A DNA stretch of 64,000 nt, taken from positions 68,262,001 to 68,326,000 of the forward strand of contig OZ024740.1 of the NCBI GenBank assembly GCA_964016885.1. Direction: 5' to 3'. Each line of letters opens with the position of its first letter. Positions within the stretch are counted from its first letter, which is position 1. Both the position numbers and the translations under genes were made by a program. Below are positions 1 through 18,293 of the stretch, in pieces. Below the pieces are notes generated by a model. The model saw only the letters and a program-made list of their open reading frames with translations. It did not search any database and was not told the origin of the DNA. The DNA is from Eledone cirrhosa. Its lineage: Eukaryota.

Positions 1-154
1 TTCAGCATGCACTCCCTCTACTTTTTCGATCCTTTCTTTAATTTGTTCTGCTGTCAGTGATTCCGTCCCAACCCTGGGATTCGAAGTGTTACAATTTATC
101 TCGTTTTCACTGAACCATGTTTCATTTTCCCTTCGCTGATTTTCTGCTAATAGC
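1..154 (-). mobile_element. 5'-truncated end of R4/Dong-like non-LTR retrotransposon family A, copy 1 (continues left of the window)
   Basis: Closely matches ~6748-6900 of the full-length copy and stops abruptly at a (TTA)n tract. Confidence 0.9.

Positions 155-216
<62 letters not shown>
155..216. repeat. (TTA)n microsatellite, target of Dong-like elements
   Basis: Pure TTA tract between copies 1 and 2. Confidence 0.97.
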
Positions 217-3200
217 TGCATTTATCTTGCTTTATGTTTATACGAGTTATCACCAAGTCACAACCAGTGACCTCAAGAGACAACAAGGTCCGCCATGTTC
301 AAGAAAGAACACACATATTCACACATGCATCCTTAGTGTTTAGACTTGTGATGTACTTATATTGACAGGATCTTCCTTAGTATATGGGCAGTTCCCATTA
401 GTACTATCTTTTGTATTTCTCCTATACGCGGGTTTCCTGGGATTTGCGATAAGTAGTCGTTAGACCCCTTAGGTATCATTCCCAGAGCGCCTACAACCAC
501 TGGTATTGTTTTAGTTCTCAATTTCCACATTTTTCCAATTTCTATCTCCAGGTCCTTATACTTGCTACTTTTCAAATGTTTTTATAGATACATTCTTGTC
601 TATTGGAACAGACATATCAATTAGCAGGCATACCCTCCTTTGAAAGTCCTTCAATATTATATCAGGTCTATTTGCATCTATTTTTCGGTCTGTTTGGATG
701 CTAAAGTTCCACAAGATTGAGATGTGATCTTTTTCAAGTATGGGAGGTGGTTGATGCTCCCACCAATTCTTTTGATGGGGCAGGTCAAAATGCTTACACA
801 TTATCCAATGTATGTATTGTGCAGCTCTGTCATGCCTGTTTAGGTATTCGGTTGGAGCTATAGGACTGCACATTGAAATAATATGGTCAATGGTCTCTGG
901 TTGTTTTTTGCATACACGGCATAATGGGCTGCACCCAATTTTTATTATGTTGGCTTGGTAATTTTTTGTTGGCAGACACTGATCTTGTGCCGATATAATC
1001 AGTCCTTCAGTATCCGATTTCAGTCCAGAGGATGCCAACCACTGATGGGTTAAAGTTTTGTCAACATCAGGATTGTTAGCTCGCTCTGGGTATTTTCCAT
1101 ACAGAGGCTTTTCTTGCCAATTCTTAGCTAGTTTCTGTAGCAGTTCTTTCTTTGCAGTTACTTTTACCTGCTTTGCTTTTTCTGTGTTTTCCATTTCAGC
1201 AGTAAATGGGACTTCTGAAATTTGTAGTCCATTACTGTATCTTTGTGCATCTTTTGTAATGGAATATGATCTTTTGGTGCTTTCGTGTTTCAAAACGAGT
1301 TTGATCATCCAATCATGTGATTCCCTTAGATATGTGGATAATCCAATTGTTGCACTTTTCAACGCAATGTCTAACTGGATTAACCCACGTCCTCCTTCTT
1401 TCCTAGGGAGATATATTCTATCTATGTCTGCCTTAGGGTGATGCATTCTGTGCATGGTTAAGAATTTTCGAATTTTTGTATCGAGCCTACGGATCTCTGT
1501 GCTTGACCAGTTGATGACATTGTAACTGTAGGTTACTACTGGTATGGCAAGCGTGTTTATGGCATCGATCCTATTCCTTGCATTCAATTCCGTTCTTAAG
1601 ATTGCTCTGACTCTGCGGTAACATTCCTTCCTTATCCTTTCCCTCATTGTTGAGTGCTTGATTCCGTCTCCTTCACAAACACCTAGATATTTGTAAGTTT
1701 GTTCTTGATCAAGCTCTCTTATCACGTTCCCCCGATCAAGATTAATGTCTGAACTCTTCAGCAGCTTTCCTCTGGTGAACGTTGCTTTGGCGCATTTATC
1801 CAGTCCAAACTCCATTTTAATGTCATCACTGAACTGCTTCACAGTGGATAATAGCCCTTGCAATTGTTCATCATTTTTTGCAAATAGTTTCAGGTCATCC
1901 ATGTAGAACAGGTGATTAATGGTTTTGTCATAGACTCTATATCCATGTTTTGTTTCATTGAGCATTTTACTTAATGGTATAAGTGCGATGCAGAATAAAA
2001 GCGGTGATAAAGAGTCACCCTGAAAAATTCCACAATTAATGTTAACTTCTCCAGCTTCCAGTGATTTTGTTTCACTATTCAAAAGGAGTGTCGTTCTCCA
2101 TGTCCTCATACTGAATGACAAAAAGCTCCTGATAACGGGGGATATTTTGAAAATCTCTAAACATTTTTCAATCCAGCTGTGTGGCAAACTATCAAATGCT
2201 TTTTTATAATCTATCCAAGAAATCGATAGATTTTTGTGTCTATTATGACAATCTTCCAGTATCATTTTGTTAACCAGAAGCTGATCCTTACAGCCATATG
2301 AGCCTCGTTTACACCCTTTCTGCTCAATGGGAAATAGGTCATTTGTTATCAGGTGGTCATATGTGTATTCAGTTAGGACTGATGTTAAAATTTTATACAT
2401 TGTGGTCAAGCAGGTTATCGGTCTGTAATTTTTGGGATTGTTTGTCTCATCATTCTTCGGTAGCAGGAATGTAATGCCGTTAACTAGCCATGATGGTATC
2501 TTTTCTGGCTCCTTAACTATTTCATTGTAAAGTTGGGCTAACAGCTCATGAGACTCTGTGAAGGCATTTATCCAAAAGTTTTGTATTTTGTCTTTTCCTG
2601 GGGATTTCCATTTGCTGGTTTTTCTTAGAGCCAAGCGCAGCTGTTCAACTGTTATATTTTCCCATGTTTGTTCTTCAAGGTGAGCTGTTTCTTTCATTTG
2701 TCTGTCTATCCATGGGGCATGTATGTTATGAACTTTTTCTTCGGCCCAGATCTTTTCCCAGAATTCTTGCACTTCCTCCTTGGGTGGTATTGATTTAGCA
2801 GTTATTGTTGACTTACCAATTTTTCTGTAGAAGTTTCTTTGGTTGTTTTTGAACATATTGTTGTCCTTATAGAATCTAGATCGTTTTTCAAAGCGCCTTA
2901 TACGAGCAGCTTTGGCCGACACTTTTTGCTTGATTGTTTCTATCAGCATGTCTATGTCACATGTTGATCTTATACTGTACTTTTTTTTCAATTTTCTAAG
3001 TTTAGTTTGTTTAACATGTTCACCTACTTTATAGTTTGTTAAAATTTCTATGTCAGATCGGAGAAGGTTTATTTGGCGATTGATGTTATCTTGCCAAGTA
3101 GATTTCTTGTGGGAATTCCTTTGTTTTTTCATCTTCACTCCACATAAGTGAGTGGTGACTTTAGCCGATGCATAATAGAGATGATTTAAGTCAGTAATGC

Positions 3201-3447
3201 TTAGTTTGTTTGTGATGATAATGTTTTTGAGAATTATGTTAGTCTTGTGTATTATCTTTTGGTTCTGTTTGGAGTTCTGGATCTTAGGGAGGGTGTCTCG
3301 TTCCCCCATGTCAGATTCTTTCATTTTCATCCATTCGATCATAATTTCATCCTTCAAGTTAGCAAGTTCATTCTCATTCATTTCTTCATCATTTACGATC
3401 TCATTGTTTTCATTTGGAGTTTCATCTTGAGCATGCACTCCCTCCAC
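217..3447 (-). mobile_element. R4/Dong-like non-LTR retrotransposon family A, copy 2 (5'-truncated)
   Basis: RT plus restriction-like endonuclease (RLE) ORF, ~140-nt 3' UTR, (TTA)n on both sides. Confidence 0.93.
357..3447 (-). CDS. RT + CCHC + PD-(D/E)xK RLE polyprotein: 960-aa open frame (565-3447), C-terminus (357-~566) in the +1 frame
   Basis: Motifs KSPGKD, NYRPITCL, DYKKAFDS, GIFQGDSLSP, FYMDD, CRVC..ETIDHIISMC, RPDII and KYKDL..IPVVVGALG. The start is created by the truncation. Confidence 0.9.

Positions 3448-8408
<4,961 letters not shown>

Positions 8409-8475
<67 letters not shown>
8409..8475. repeat. (TTA)n microsatellite
   Basis: Pure tract between Dong copy 3 and the Tx1-like element. 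Confidence 0.97.
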
Positions 8476-8692
8476 GAATGCTATGGTTGACGGAGGTTCG
8501 GCTCTGTAAGGTATTGTAAATTTTGACCGCCATAACAATTGTAAATTGTTTAAAACTTTAACCAAATTGTAGACAAAAACAGCCTCCTCTTCGTGAGAGG
8601 GGTCTTTCTGTCCGTTATTTGGCCTTTCGTGGTTAAATAATCGCTTATTGGGGTTTTGTGCCCAATATTTATTTTAAACGAAAAAAAAAAAC

Positions 8693-10840
8693 ATGGCTAC
8701 GAAAAAGAATTTTCATAGGTCACTCCCACTCATTCCGTCTTCTTCCTCAATCGTCACTACAGCAGAGAGAAGATTGTCTCTCTCTCTCCCTTCTCTAAAT
8801 GTGTCTCTCTCCCTCCCTTCTCTTTCGCAAGCGACGCCAGAAAAGAAAAATCACGTGCAAAGCGTGTAAGATTTCTCCACGACGACGACGACAACGACGA
8901 AAAAGGTGTGCGGGAAATACGAAAACCCATTTCATTCGTCTGACATCAGGAATAATAGCAGTAGCAGCCGTAATAACAGCAGCAGCAGCAGCAACAGTGA
9001 CAAGAAAAACAACAGTAGCAGCCGTAACAGCATCAGCAGCAGCATAAATAACAACAGCATTAGCAGCAACAACAACAGCTGCAGCAGCAGCAACAACAAC
9101 AACAGCCACAGCAACAGCGGCGGCGGCAGTAGTCGTAGTACCTGCAGCAACAACAAAAGTAACAGCAGCTCTGACGACAACAACAACAATAACAACAGCA
9201 ACAAAGAAAAACCAACTCGTTTGCAGGTATCGCAAAGAACCTGGAAACCATCCTCATAACAAATGAGCAATTAGAGGAAGCGAAGAAGATGGTGACAAAA
9301 ACCGGACACCGAGCAATCTGCAAGGCAGCCGAACATTTTTTCGAAACCCAACAGCACTGTACGGTCACGTACCATACAGTAAGCATAAAATCCCGTAGGG
9401 TTGAAAGAGCCACAGAGGCTCAAATACAAAAAGCCTTAGGGTTTGTGTGGCAGCGGAAAACGCACATCACCCGAGGCAAGAAATATGCCACCGTAGACGT
9501 GCTTTTTGCCAAACCCCAGGAGGCAAAGGCTCAATTCTTAGTGACCCTAAGGGGCAAGGAAATGGTGTTGGTGCCCTCCTACTGCGGGCCAAAAATTGTA
9601 AGGGTCGAATTGACCCACGCCCCCCCCCCCCCCCGGGATGGCCCCTTCTTGGCTGGCCGCGTCTGTCCTCGTCGGAATCGAGGACAAAACAACTGTACTG
9701 CAAGTACAGAAAAAAGTAAGAGAAGATTGGGTCGGCACCTCCATTGAGATGTTAATCCAAACCAACCAGGAGTGCATCAAAGCTATCCCGGATGTGATAG
9801 ACTTCGATAACGCCACTCAACTGCCCATAAGTGTTGAGGGCAAACGCCAGAAATGCTTTCGCTGTGGATCGAAGACTCACCTCAGGGCCTTCTGCAACGA
9901 GAAGACCCTGAGAAAGGAGAGAACCCCCCTCCTTCCGAAACCGGCTCCACAGCTACCAGCAACAGGACAAGCGGCAACCAGGAACGATAGGTCCGTGGCA
10001 CCAATACCCACGCCACGGAAATCAAAAACAGCAGCAGCAGTGGAAGTATTAACAACAACAACAGTAATACCAAATGCAGCTGCAACAGAGACTGCAGTGC
10101 AGACATCACCGACAACAACAAGTGAAAGAGTGGAGCTGGTACCCCTCCCCGACCTCACAGAATCAGACATGGATTGTGGGGTGGGAGAGGGATGGCAAAA
10201 TGTCGTAAGAAGGCAGAAACGCAGAAGCAGCGCATCGTCGCCTTAGAAAAGGGAGGAAAGAAATGAAAAAAGGGTAAAGGCTACTGCAAAGAGACTCACA
10301 GCAGCAACACCACCAACACCATCACCACCCACACTAGCACCACCATCACCACCGGCGACAACCCCACAGCCAACAACAACAACACCTTCAAAATCACGGC
10401 CACAAGCACCAACATCGCAAACACAACAACAAAACACACTCACCCAGCAACAACGATAAGAAAATAGCAGAACCACACCCCACCCCCAGAAAAACAAATG
10501 CACGGCAATAAATACACACAACAAGAAACTAATGACTTACATAATTGAGCACACAGACATTTCACAGCACGACTACATAATACCAGCACCAATCAAAACG
10601 CCAACTAACATAAGACGGCTAAAAATAGCAGAGAAACAATACACAAACATTAAAACGAAATTCCCCAACGCAGTTGGTGATTTCAGAGACCTAGGAGGGA
10701 CTCTCAACCGGAGAGTATATTCGGACATACTCATAGAAGATCCGACGACCAGCCGAAGGGAAGATTCAACGGTCCTTTCACCAGACGATCAAGTGAAAAG
10801 GGATGGAAAAACCATCCCTCCTCTACGAAAAGTACGGTAA
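8693..10840 (+). pseudogene. Tx1-like ORF1 (gag-like zinc-knuckle protein), frameshifted
   Basis: CFRCGSKTHLRAFC knuckle at ~9854-9895, low-complexity S/N/T/A/P tracts, and a frameshift at the C run near 9620. The start at ATG 8693 is inferred. Confidence 0.7.
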
Positions 10841-10875
10841 GTGGTCTTTCCCATCTTTTCCACTCTATTTTAAAC

Positions 10876-13800
10876 ATGACCTCACTCAGAATAGGCAGCA
10901 TAAATCCGCGTGGCTTGGGGTCGTCATGGAAGCAGAGTCACCTGCTCAACGACCTCAGGTCTCTAAACATAGATGTAGTGGCAATCAGTGAGACCAGAAT
11001 CTCCGAAACACGGGCCTTCGCACCGATCTTCGGCGGCTACGATGTGTACGCATCTCTCAGCCGTCCTGTATCGGGGGGAGGAGTTGCTGTGCCTTTTCGG
11101 AGAGGTTTGGATCTCGCCATACGGGCCATCTTCCTGGACCCAGAGGGTAAGTTGGTGGTGCTAGACGTGACCAGCGGAGACGGGTAAGCTTTCAGGCTAG
11201 TGGCCGTCTATGCCCCGACAGGAGCAGGGCGGCCTGATTTCTTCCGGCGTCTGGAGACCTTTCTTGGAACGTCCCGCTCTTTAGTGTTAGTGGGCGACTG
11301 GAACGGGATCTTAGATGCTCGCTGGGACTGTGTGGGATTAGCAGATAGGGGTGGAGGGTGCAAGAGCCTCACCAACCTGCTCAGGCGTTTTGAACTGTCT
11401 GACAGTTACCGATTGGATTTCCCGAATATGCAAATGTGGACTTGGACAAATCGCATAGGGTCATCCAGATCATATCGAGATAGAGTATTTTGTAGGGAAA
11501 TAGATAGGTCTAGCATAGCCTGTCCACAATTCAAGATAGTCAGCTACACGGACCACAAATTCGTGATCTGTGTGCTTGACTTAGATAGTCTTCATAGAAG
11601 GACCCGGCTATTGGAAGGTAAACGCATCCTTACCAGCGCGCAAGGCCTACAGAGACTGGATTAGCGAACTAGTTAAGCGGGCGTTGACGGGGGCCATCGT
11701 CAACAGTAAGTGGTGGTTTGCTCTGAAAAGAGCGATTAGAATAGAATCCATTAGGTTTAGTAAGACTTTAGCAATAGAGAAAAATAGAGCAGAGCGAGAA
11801 CTAGTTAGAAAATGAGACGAGGCGCTTAGCATAGGTATCGCGACCGACGTGCTTGCGGTGGAATTGGCCCTTGACCAATTCTTCAATGCAAAGCACGAAG
11901 GCTGCGTTGTCAGAGCTAGGGTGCGTGCTCTCAGACTCGAGGGGACGAAAGCCGTTCAATGGGCCCGAGTGGCGGAGGAGCGTCGTGGCAACAAAGCCAC
12001 GATCCGGTCTTTGGTGGACCACGACGGGTGCATGCTACTCGATCCCGGGCAAATGTGTGAAGCTGTTCAGCGACACTTCGCTCAGCTGTTCGGGGGCAGC
12101 GGTGGGCGGGGTCGAGGGATGGACTTTAGTGTCTACCTCGACGGACTTCCGCGGCTCTCGGCCATTGAGGTGGAGTTTGCGGAAAGCCGATAACAGCCGC
12201 TGAAGTAAGGGAGGCAATGACTGGCTGCACAGCGGGTAAATCGCCTGGTTTGGATGGTCTGCCCTATGAACTTTACGTACAGATGCGAGACTTGTTCGGA
12301 GGCCTCTTGGCAGACGTCTACTGCAACTGGCAACAGAACGGGAGAATTCCCAGCTCTGTGAGCCGAGGAGCGGTGGCACTGCTGAGAAAGGATCCGAACA
12401 AGGGGGATAATATAGACAATTTCAGGCCCATAACTCAGCTAAACACAGAGTTCAAGATTTTGGCCAAGGTACTAGCAAAGATGTTGGCGCTTGTCGTTGG
12501 TGGTCTGGTGGGAGAGGCGCAGGCATGCGCCATTCCCGACAGATCCATCCACGGCAACCTCCACCTCATGCGATACATCGTAGAGAGGGTAGCTAGGGAA
12601 CGTGGCACGGGTGGGTCCTTGATCAATTTAGATCAGTCGAAAGCTTTCGATAGGGTCGACCATCGTTACCTAGCGGCAGTCCTGAGGGCGGCTGGCTTTG
12701 GGCCCGTCTTCAGAGGCTGGATCGCTGCCATGCACAGCGACGTCTTATTTTTGGTGAGAGTGAACGGTCACCTTTCGGAACCGTTCAACATCATGCGCTC
12801 GGTCCGCCAAGGATGTCCCTTCTCGTCCCTCTTGTACGTATTGACTCTCGAGCCATTACTGCACAAACTGGAGACGTTGAGGGGCGTCCCGCGCGAACTA
12901 GGATGCGGAAGATCCGTGTCAGCATATGCGGACGATGTCACCGTAGTGGTGTCGAACGCCAAACACATCGAGGCGATCAGCACTACACTAAGAGAATACG
13001 AAGCGGTTACCGGAGCAAGGATCAACCAGGAAACGTCAGTGGGCCTGCAGCTCGGCACCTGTAGAGGCACGTCCATGCCGTCCAACAGCGTCGTCAGACG
13101 CTGGACGGACGAACCGGTTAAATTGCTAGGGGTCTGGTTCGGTCCGGACCTCCAGACGGACGAAAACTGGGACGAGGTGACGAGCAGGGTGGCTTCTCTC
13201 ACACAGAAATGGGCGGAGAGGAAGCTATCCCTTCAAGGTCGAGCGGAGGTGGCTAACGCGTACATCGCGTCTGTCATCTGCTACAGCCGTCGTAACTTGT
13301 CATCAGCCCCGCCTGACTGCGCCGGAGCGTTTGCTCTTTCGCTTTTTGTGGAAGGGACGCGCTCCGATGGTCAGGCGGTCCATCTGCTGTCAACACCCGC
13401 TACGTGGAGGGCTGGGAATGCCGTGGCTGATGATGCGCAGTCACGCGCTCAGGCTACGACATCTCCACCTCTTCCTCGACGGTGATCAGGTATGGTCGCC
13501 GTTTGCTAGACACGTATTTCCCCAGTTCGTTTCCCTGACGGAGTTGCAGTCCTGGGTCAAGCGAAGACCGAGAGGGAGCGCCTGGAAACTGGAATGTCTT
13601 CAGGTATGGTCGCCGTTTGCTAGACACGTATTTCCCCAGTTCGTTTCCCTGACGGAGTTGCAGTCCTGGGTCAAGCGAAGACCGAGAGGGAGCGCCTGGA
13701 GACTGGAATGTCTTCAGGCGCTCACAGCCCTCGACCAATCGGGCAATGTGATCGGTGGAAGCTCCACTTCGGCGTTCTATAGAGGATTAGTGGAGGGGAA

Positions 13801-14401
13801 GAGCGACGACGTACTTGGGGAAACTCTAGGCGTCGACGAAAATCAACTAGCCAATCTCTTCGGAAGAACTTTCGGGCCGGGACCTATGGACAATTTCCAG
13901 AAATCTCTGGCCTGGCAGTGCTACCGAGGAGCCTTGCCAGTTCGGGATAAACTCTACAGGCATGGAGTTGCCGTCAGTCGGGCATGTCCGAGATGCGCGT
14001 AGGGCGACGAAACCGTTCTGCACGCACTCGTCTAGTGTCCGAAAATTGCTGACTTGTGGGTTTATGTCGAACACCTGCTGTCGCGTGTAGGACGGATCCG
14101 GCTATCATCTGAGTCCATCGTGAGGATTGCCCCGCCCTCTTCCTTTAGCCAGGAAGGGCAGGCAGTTTTTATCTGTCTGGTGGCCATGGCGAAAGAGATA
14201 GTATGGTGGACACGTTTGAAACGGCTGAAGACGAGCACTTACCTCTTCGGTGATGCCCTGATTGACTTTTTCAAATTTCATTTGAAAAAGAAAATCAGAG
14301 TAAAGTGGGAAGTGCTCTCTTCCCAGCATTTTGTTGAAAGATGGGTGAGAGAATCAAGAATGGCCCGAGTGAATGGGCCTTCTCTGAGTACGTATATATA
14401 A
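10876..14401 (+). pseudogene. Tx1-like ORF2: APE endonuclease + reverse transcriptase + C-terminal CCHC, with stops and frameshifts
   Basis: SINPRGL, DVVAISET, VYAP, LVGDWN and TDHK (APE); KSPGLDG, NFRPI, LDQSKAFDRV, RQGCP and YADD (RT); CPRC..ETVLH..CP. Confidence 0.92.
13487..13714 (+). repeat. 114-bp tandem duplication inside Tx1 ORF2
   Basis: Units start at 13487 and 13601 and differ at one base. In frame (38 aa, QVWSPF...LECL). Confidence 0.95.
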
Positions 14402-14651
14402 ATTAAAGGTGGAAAACTGGGAGGGGCCACTTGCCTTTCTGGTCAGGGTTACTGTGGCCTTTTACTGGGCTTTATCCACAAATGTCCCTCCGAAGTCTCC
14501 CCCCTATTGGGGAATTTTTCATTGTTATTTTTTGTTACATCCTCTGTTTTTGTTTTTTACATGCAGACATGCCCATTAGTACCGTCCTGTATTGTCCTGC
14601 ACTGTTCTTAATGTCTACTTTATGTAAACCCTTGTGGTTAATAAAGAAATC

Positions 14652-14687
14652 ATTATTATTATTATTATTATTATTGTTATTGTTATT
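14652..14687. repeat. (ATT)n tract, tail or target of the Tx1-like element
   Basis: Slightly degenerate TTA tract. Confidence 0.9.
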
Positions 14688-15091
14688 CCTTGAATCTCAG
14701 TCATTGATGTTGGTTAACTGGAAAGTCCGTTGGATTGAATATCAAGCCACTACCTGCAGCCTCAGATATTCAGGACGTATCGGAGGGTTCTTGCCGTTCC
14801 AAGCAAGCATGCCTTTTGAAGCGTTCCAAAAAGCGTGAAGGGGCCGATTTTCTTTAACCATCCCTGGAAACCTTTGGAGATAGTCCCCAGTGCGCCTATG
14901 ACAATCGGGATCACTTTGACTTCATGGCAGTTCCAAATCCTTTTCACCTCCCACTTTAGGTCCTGGTATCGGTTAATTTTCTCCCTCTCCTTCTCTTGCA
15001 CTCTCGTGTCGAACGGGCAGGCCACATCCACAATCAGGCACGATCTTTTTTCTTTGTCCACAACCACCAGGTCAGGTCTATTGTGTTCCAG

Positions 15092-15094
<3 letters not shown>
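14688..15094 (-). mobile_element. R4/Dong-like family B, copy 1 (short 3' end)
   Basis: RLE C-terminus HNRPDLVVVD..IVDVACPFD..EKINRYQDL..IPIVIGALG plus 3' UTR; bounded by TTA. Confidence 0.9.
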
Positions 15095-15138
<44 letters not shown>

Positions 15139-15145
15139 GTTATTA

Positions 15146-16750
15146 CTCTTTGAGTCTCAGTCATTGATATTAGTTAACTGGAAAGTTTGTTGAGATGAAT
15201 ATCAAGCCACTACCTGCAGCCTCAGATATTCAGGGCGTATCGGAGGGTTCTTGCTGTTCCCAGCAAGCATGCCTTCTGAACCGTTCCAAAAAGCGTGAAG
15301 GGGCCAAATTTCTTAAACCATCCCTGGACACTTTTTCAGATGGTCCCTAGTGCGCCTATGACAATCGGGACCACTTTGACTTCATGGCAGTTCCAAATCC
15401 TTTTACCTCCCACTTTAAGTCCTGGTATCGGTTAATTTTCTCCCTCTCCTTCTCTTGCACTCTCGTGTCGAATGGGCAGGCCACATCCACAATCAGGCAC
15501 GATCTTTTTTCTTTGTCCAAAACCACCAGGTCAGGTCTATTGTGTTCCAGTTTCTTGTCCGTCTGTATCCTAAAATCCCACAGCACCTTCACCTGATCGT
15601 TTTCTATCACCGCCTCTGGCTTATGCTCATACCACTTCTCAGAATGTGGTAAATTGTTTACTTTGCATAGGTGCCAGTGGATCACCACACCCATCAGATC
15701 ATGGCCCCAGCCCTTAAGGTGAGTCTGGGCTAGGTGTTTACACTCGGATACAATGTGAGCCACAGTCTCCTCTCTCTCTCCACAAATCCTGCACAGTGGG
15801 CTAGCCTCCTCCTTGTAAATGTGGTGTTTCAACCACTTCGTTTTGAGGGCCTGCTCCTACGCAGCTATTAACATTCCTTCTGTTGCCTTTTTTAAGGTCT
15901 CCTCTTTTCAACCAGTTCCATGTCTGTGGATCTCTAAATTCAGTTTTCTCAAAGAAGGTACTATGAAGGGATTTTTCCTGCAGGCTACTATTTCTCCTTG
16001 ATGTTATTTCCTCTTTGGACATCCCCTGGCCTATTGTCCCCTCCTTCAGTACAGTTCGGAGATTGGCTCCTTACTATCAGTCACGTATTTGTGTAGGTTG
16101 TTTTTCTCCCTCTGAACACAATCCTCTATGCTGATAAGACCTCTTCCACCCTCAGATCTCCTTAAGTAGAGTCTATCGACATCACTCCTCTTGTGGAACA
16201 TGTTGTAGATAGTCAATAGCTTCCTAGTCTTCCTATCCATTTCTTTTTGTTCAGCAACATTCCATCTCAGAATTCCCGCACTGTACCTAATAATAGACAC
16301 AGCTCGGGAATTTACTGCACTTATGGCATTCCTACTGTTCAGATGTGACTTTAATACGCTCCTTACTCTCCGAAGGTATTCAGTTCTTATCAATTCCTTC
16401 ATTTTTTTGTTCTTGATGCCATCAGCCTCCAAAACGCCCAAATACTTGTATTCTTCCTCAGAGTCAATTTCTTTTATCATCCCAGCTGTTGGTATCTGGA
16501 TTCCGTTACTTCTGCTCAACTTACCCCTCCTCATCACAATGACTCCACACTTACTAATACCAAATTGCATACATATATCATTGCTGAAAATACGGACAGT
16601 GTCAACAAGCACATCCAACTCCTTCTCACTCTTCCCGAAGAGCTTAAGATCGTCCATGAAGAGGAGGTGATTGATGGTAAGCCCTCCCTTTCCCTTTCCC
16701 AACCTGTACCCTGCTCTCACTTTTCGCAGTACACTGGTCAGGGGCATTAT
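15146..16750 (-). mobile_element. R4/Dong-like family B, copy 2 (5'-truncated within RT)
   Basis: HLLFMDDLKL, YKYLG, GGRGL, CRICGEREETVAHIVSEC and NRPDL; frameshifted. TTA tracts at 15101-15145 and 16751-16821. Confidence 0.9.
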
Positions 16751-16751
16751 T

Positions 16752-16822
<71 letters not shown>

Positions 16823-16926
16823 TTTCAAAGTAAAGGGTGTCATGAATGATACAAAATCAAATATATGTCTTGTCTCTAAAAACAGCACAAGATAGAATTC
16901 AGAGAATAAAATCGTGCCTTAATCAG

Positions 16927-17565
16927 TATAAGAAAGTGATTGAAATATATTCATACGCACATAAATGTGCATTAAGATATATCAAAGCTTAATACTAAAG
17001 ACAATCTACACTGAAAGTAAGACTACGTAATTCGTTGAATATCTTATTCAATTTAATAAACATCTAAAACAAATACCTGATAACGATTAATATATTTCCG
17101 TCATATGTATTCTCCACTAAATCAGAATACATTTCACCGAATAACGGCGAAATTAGATATTTTCAAACGGATCATCAGTGAGGGAATTTCAAGATCATCT
17201 AATCTCACTCAATACATGGTTGAAAGTGGCTAAACGCACATGGTATCAACACATGAATTTTAGCATTCACAACGACATGAAGGGTGAGATTAGATGATTT
17301 TGAAATTCCCTCACTGATGATCCGTTTGAAAATACCTAATTTCGCCGTTATTCAGTGAAATATATTCTGATTTCGTGGATAATACATATGAGAGAAATAT
17401 ATTGATTGTTATCAGGTATTTTGTTTTAAATGTTTTTATTTAATTTAATAAGATACTCAACGAATTACGTCTTACTTTCAGTCTAGATTGTCTCCTGTTC
17501 TAAGTTTTGATATATCTTCATGCACACTTATGTGTGTATGAATATATTTCAATCACTTTCTTATA
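16927..17565. mobile_element. ~640-bp palindromic insertion: head-to-head PLE 3' ends
   Basis: Arms of ~290 bp are reverse complements with scattered mismatches and each carries a hammerhead-like motif. A further partial arm copy lies at ~17586-17650. Confidence 0.8.
17311..17370 (+). ncRNA. Hammerhead ribozyme-like motif (mirror copy at 17122-17181, minus strand)
   Basis: tca-CTGATGA-stem II-GAAA-TATAT-TC-tga; stem I is tca/tga. Stem II CCG/CGG is intact in the left copy. Confidence 0.6.
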
Positions 17566-17655
17566 ATAATATATGCAACTATATTATTATAAGAAATTGA
17601 TTGAAATATATTCATAAGTGTGCATTAATATACATCAAAACTTAGAACAATATAC

Positions 17656-17877
<222 letters not shown>

Positions 17878-17881
17878 CAAT

Positions 17882-18235
17882 AATTCACAAGAATCAAAGC
17901 TATCTTCAAAGCATTTATTCACTTACAATTGTTTCATCCAAACCTAGGCTTGGCCCCTTCGGAGCATTTTTCAATGTTTGCACATATAATTGACCTCCTT
18001 TCCGACGCAAGATACATATATATATATATATATATATATTGATGTACAGTCAGATTTAGTTGGTAGTGTATGCGTTAGCTACACATGGAGCATGCACGTG
18101 TGTCTCATTTGAAAATAAAAATAAAAACAAAAATAAAAATAAAAATAAAAATAAAAATAAAAATAAAAATAAGACACACTTGCATGCTCCATGTGTAACT
18201 AACGCATACACTACCTACTAGATCTGACTGTACAT

Positions 18236-18293
<58 letters not shown>

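Larger units (their letters stand above)
8476..14651 (+). mobile_element. Full-length Tx1/L1-clade non-LTR retrotransposon, decayed
   Basis: ORF1 with CCHC knuckle, ORF2 with APE, RT and CCHC, and a 3' UTR ending AATAAAGAAATC followed by (ATT)n. Flanked by TTA tracts. Confidence 0.9.

Noticed and set aside
117-365. Poly-Tyr/Ile/Leu/Asn ORFs, and the many [12 protein letters not shown] ORFs throughout the window
   Set aside because: Translations of TTA, TA and CA microsatellites.
8795-9413. Ala/Val/Leu/Cys-rich antisense ORFs
   Set aside because: Shadows of CAG/CAA-rich Tx1 ORF1 sequence.
16046-16888. 280-aa ORF appearing to fuse a hydrophobic poly-Ile leader to RT
   Set aside because: Chance in-frame read-through from flank and TAA tract into a truncated element; no evidence of expression.
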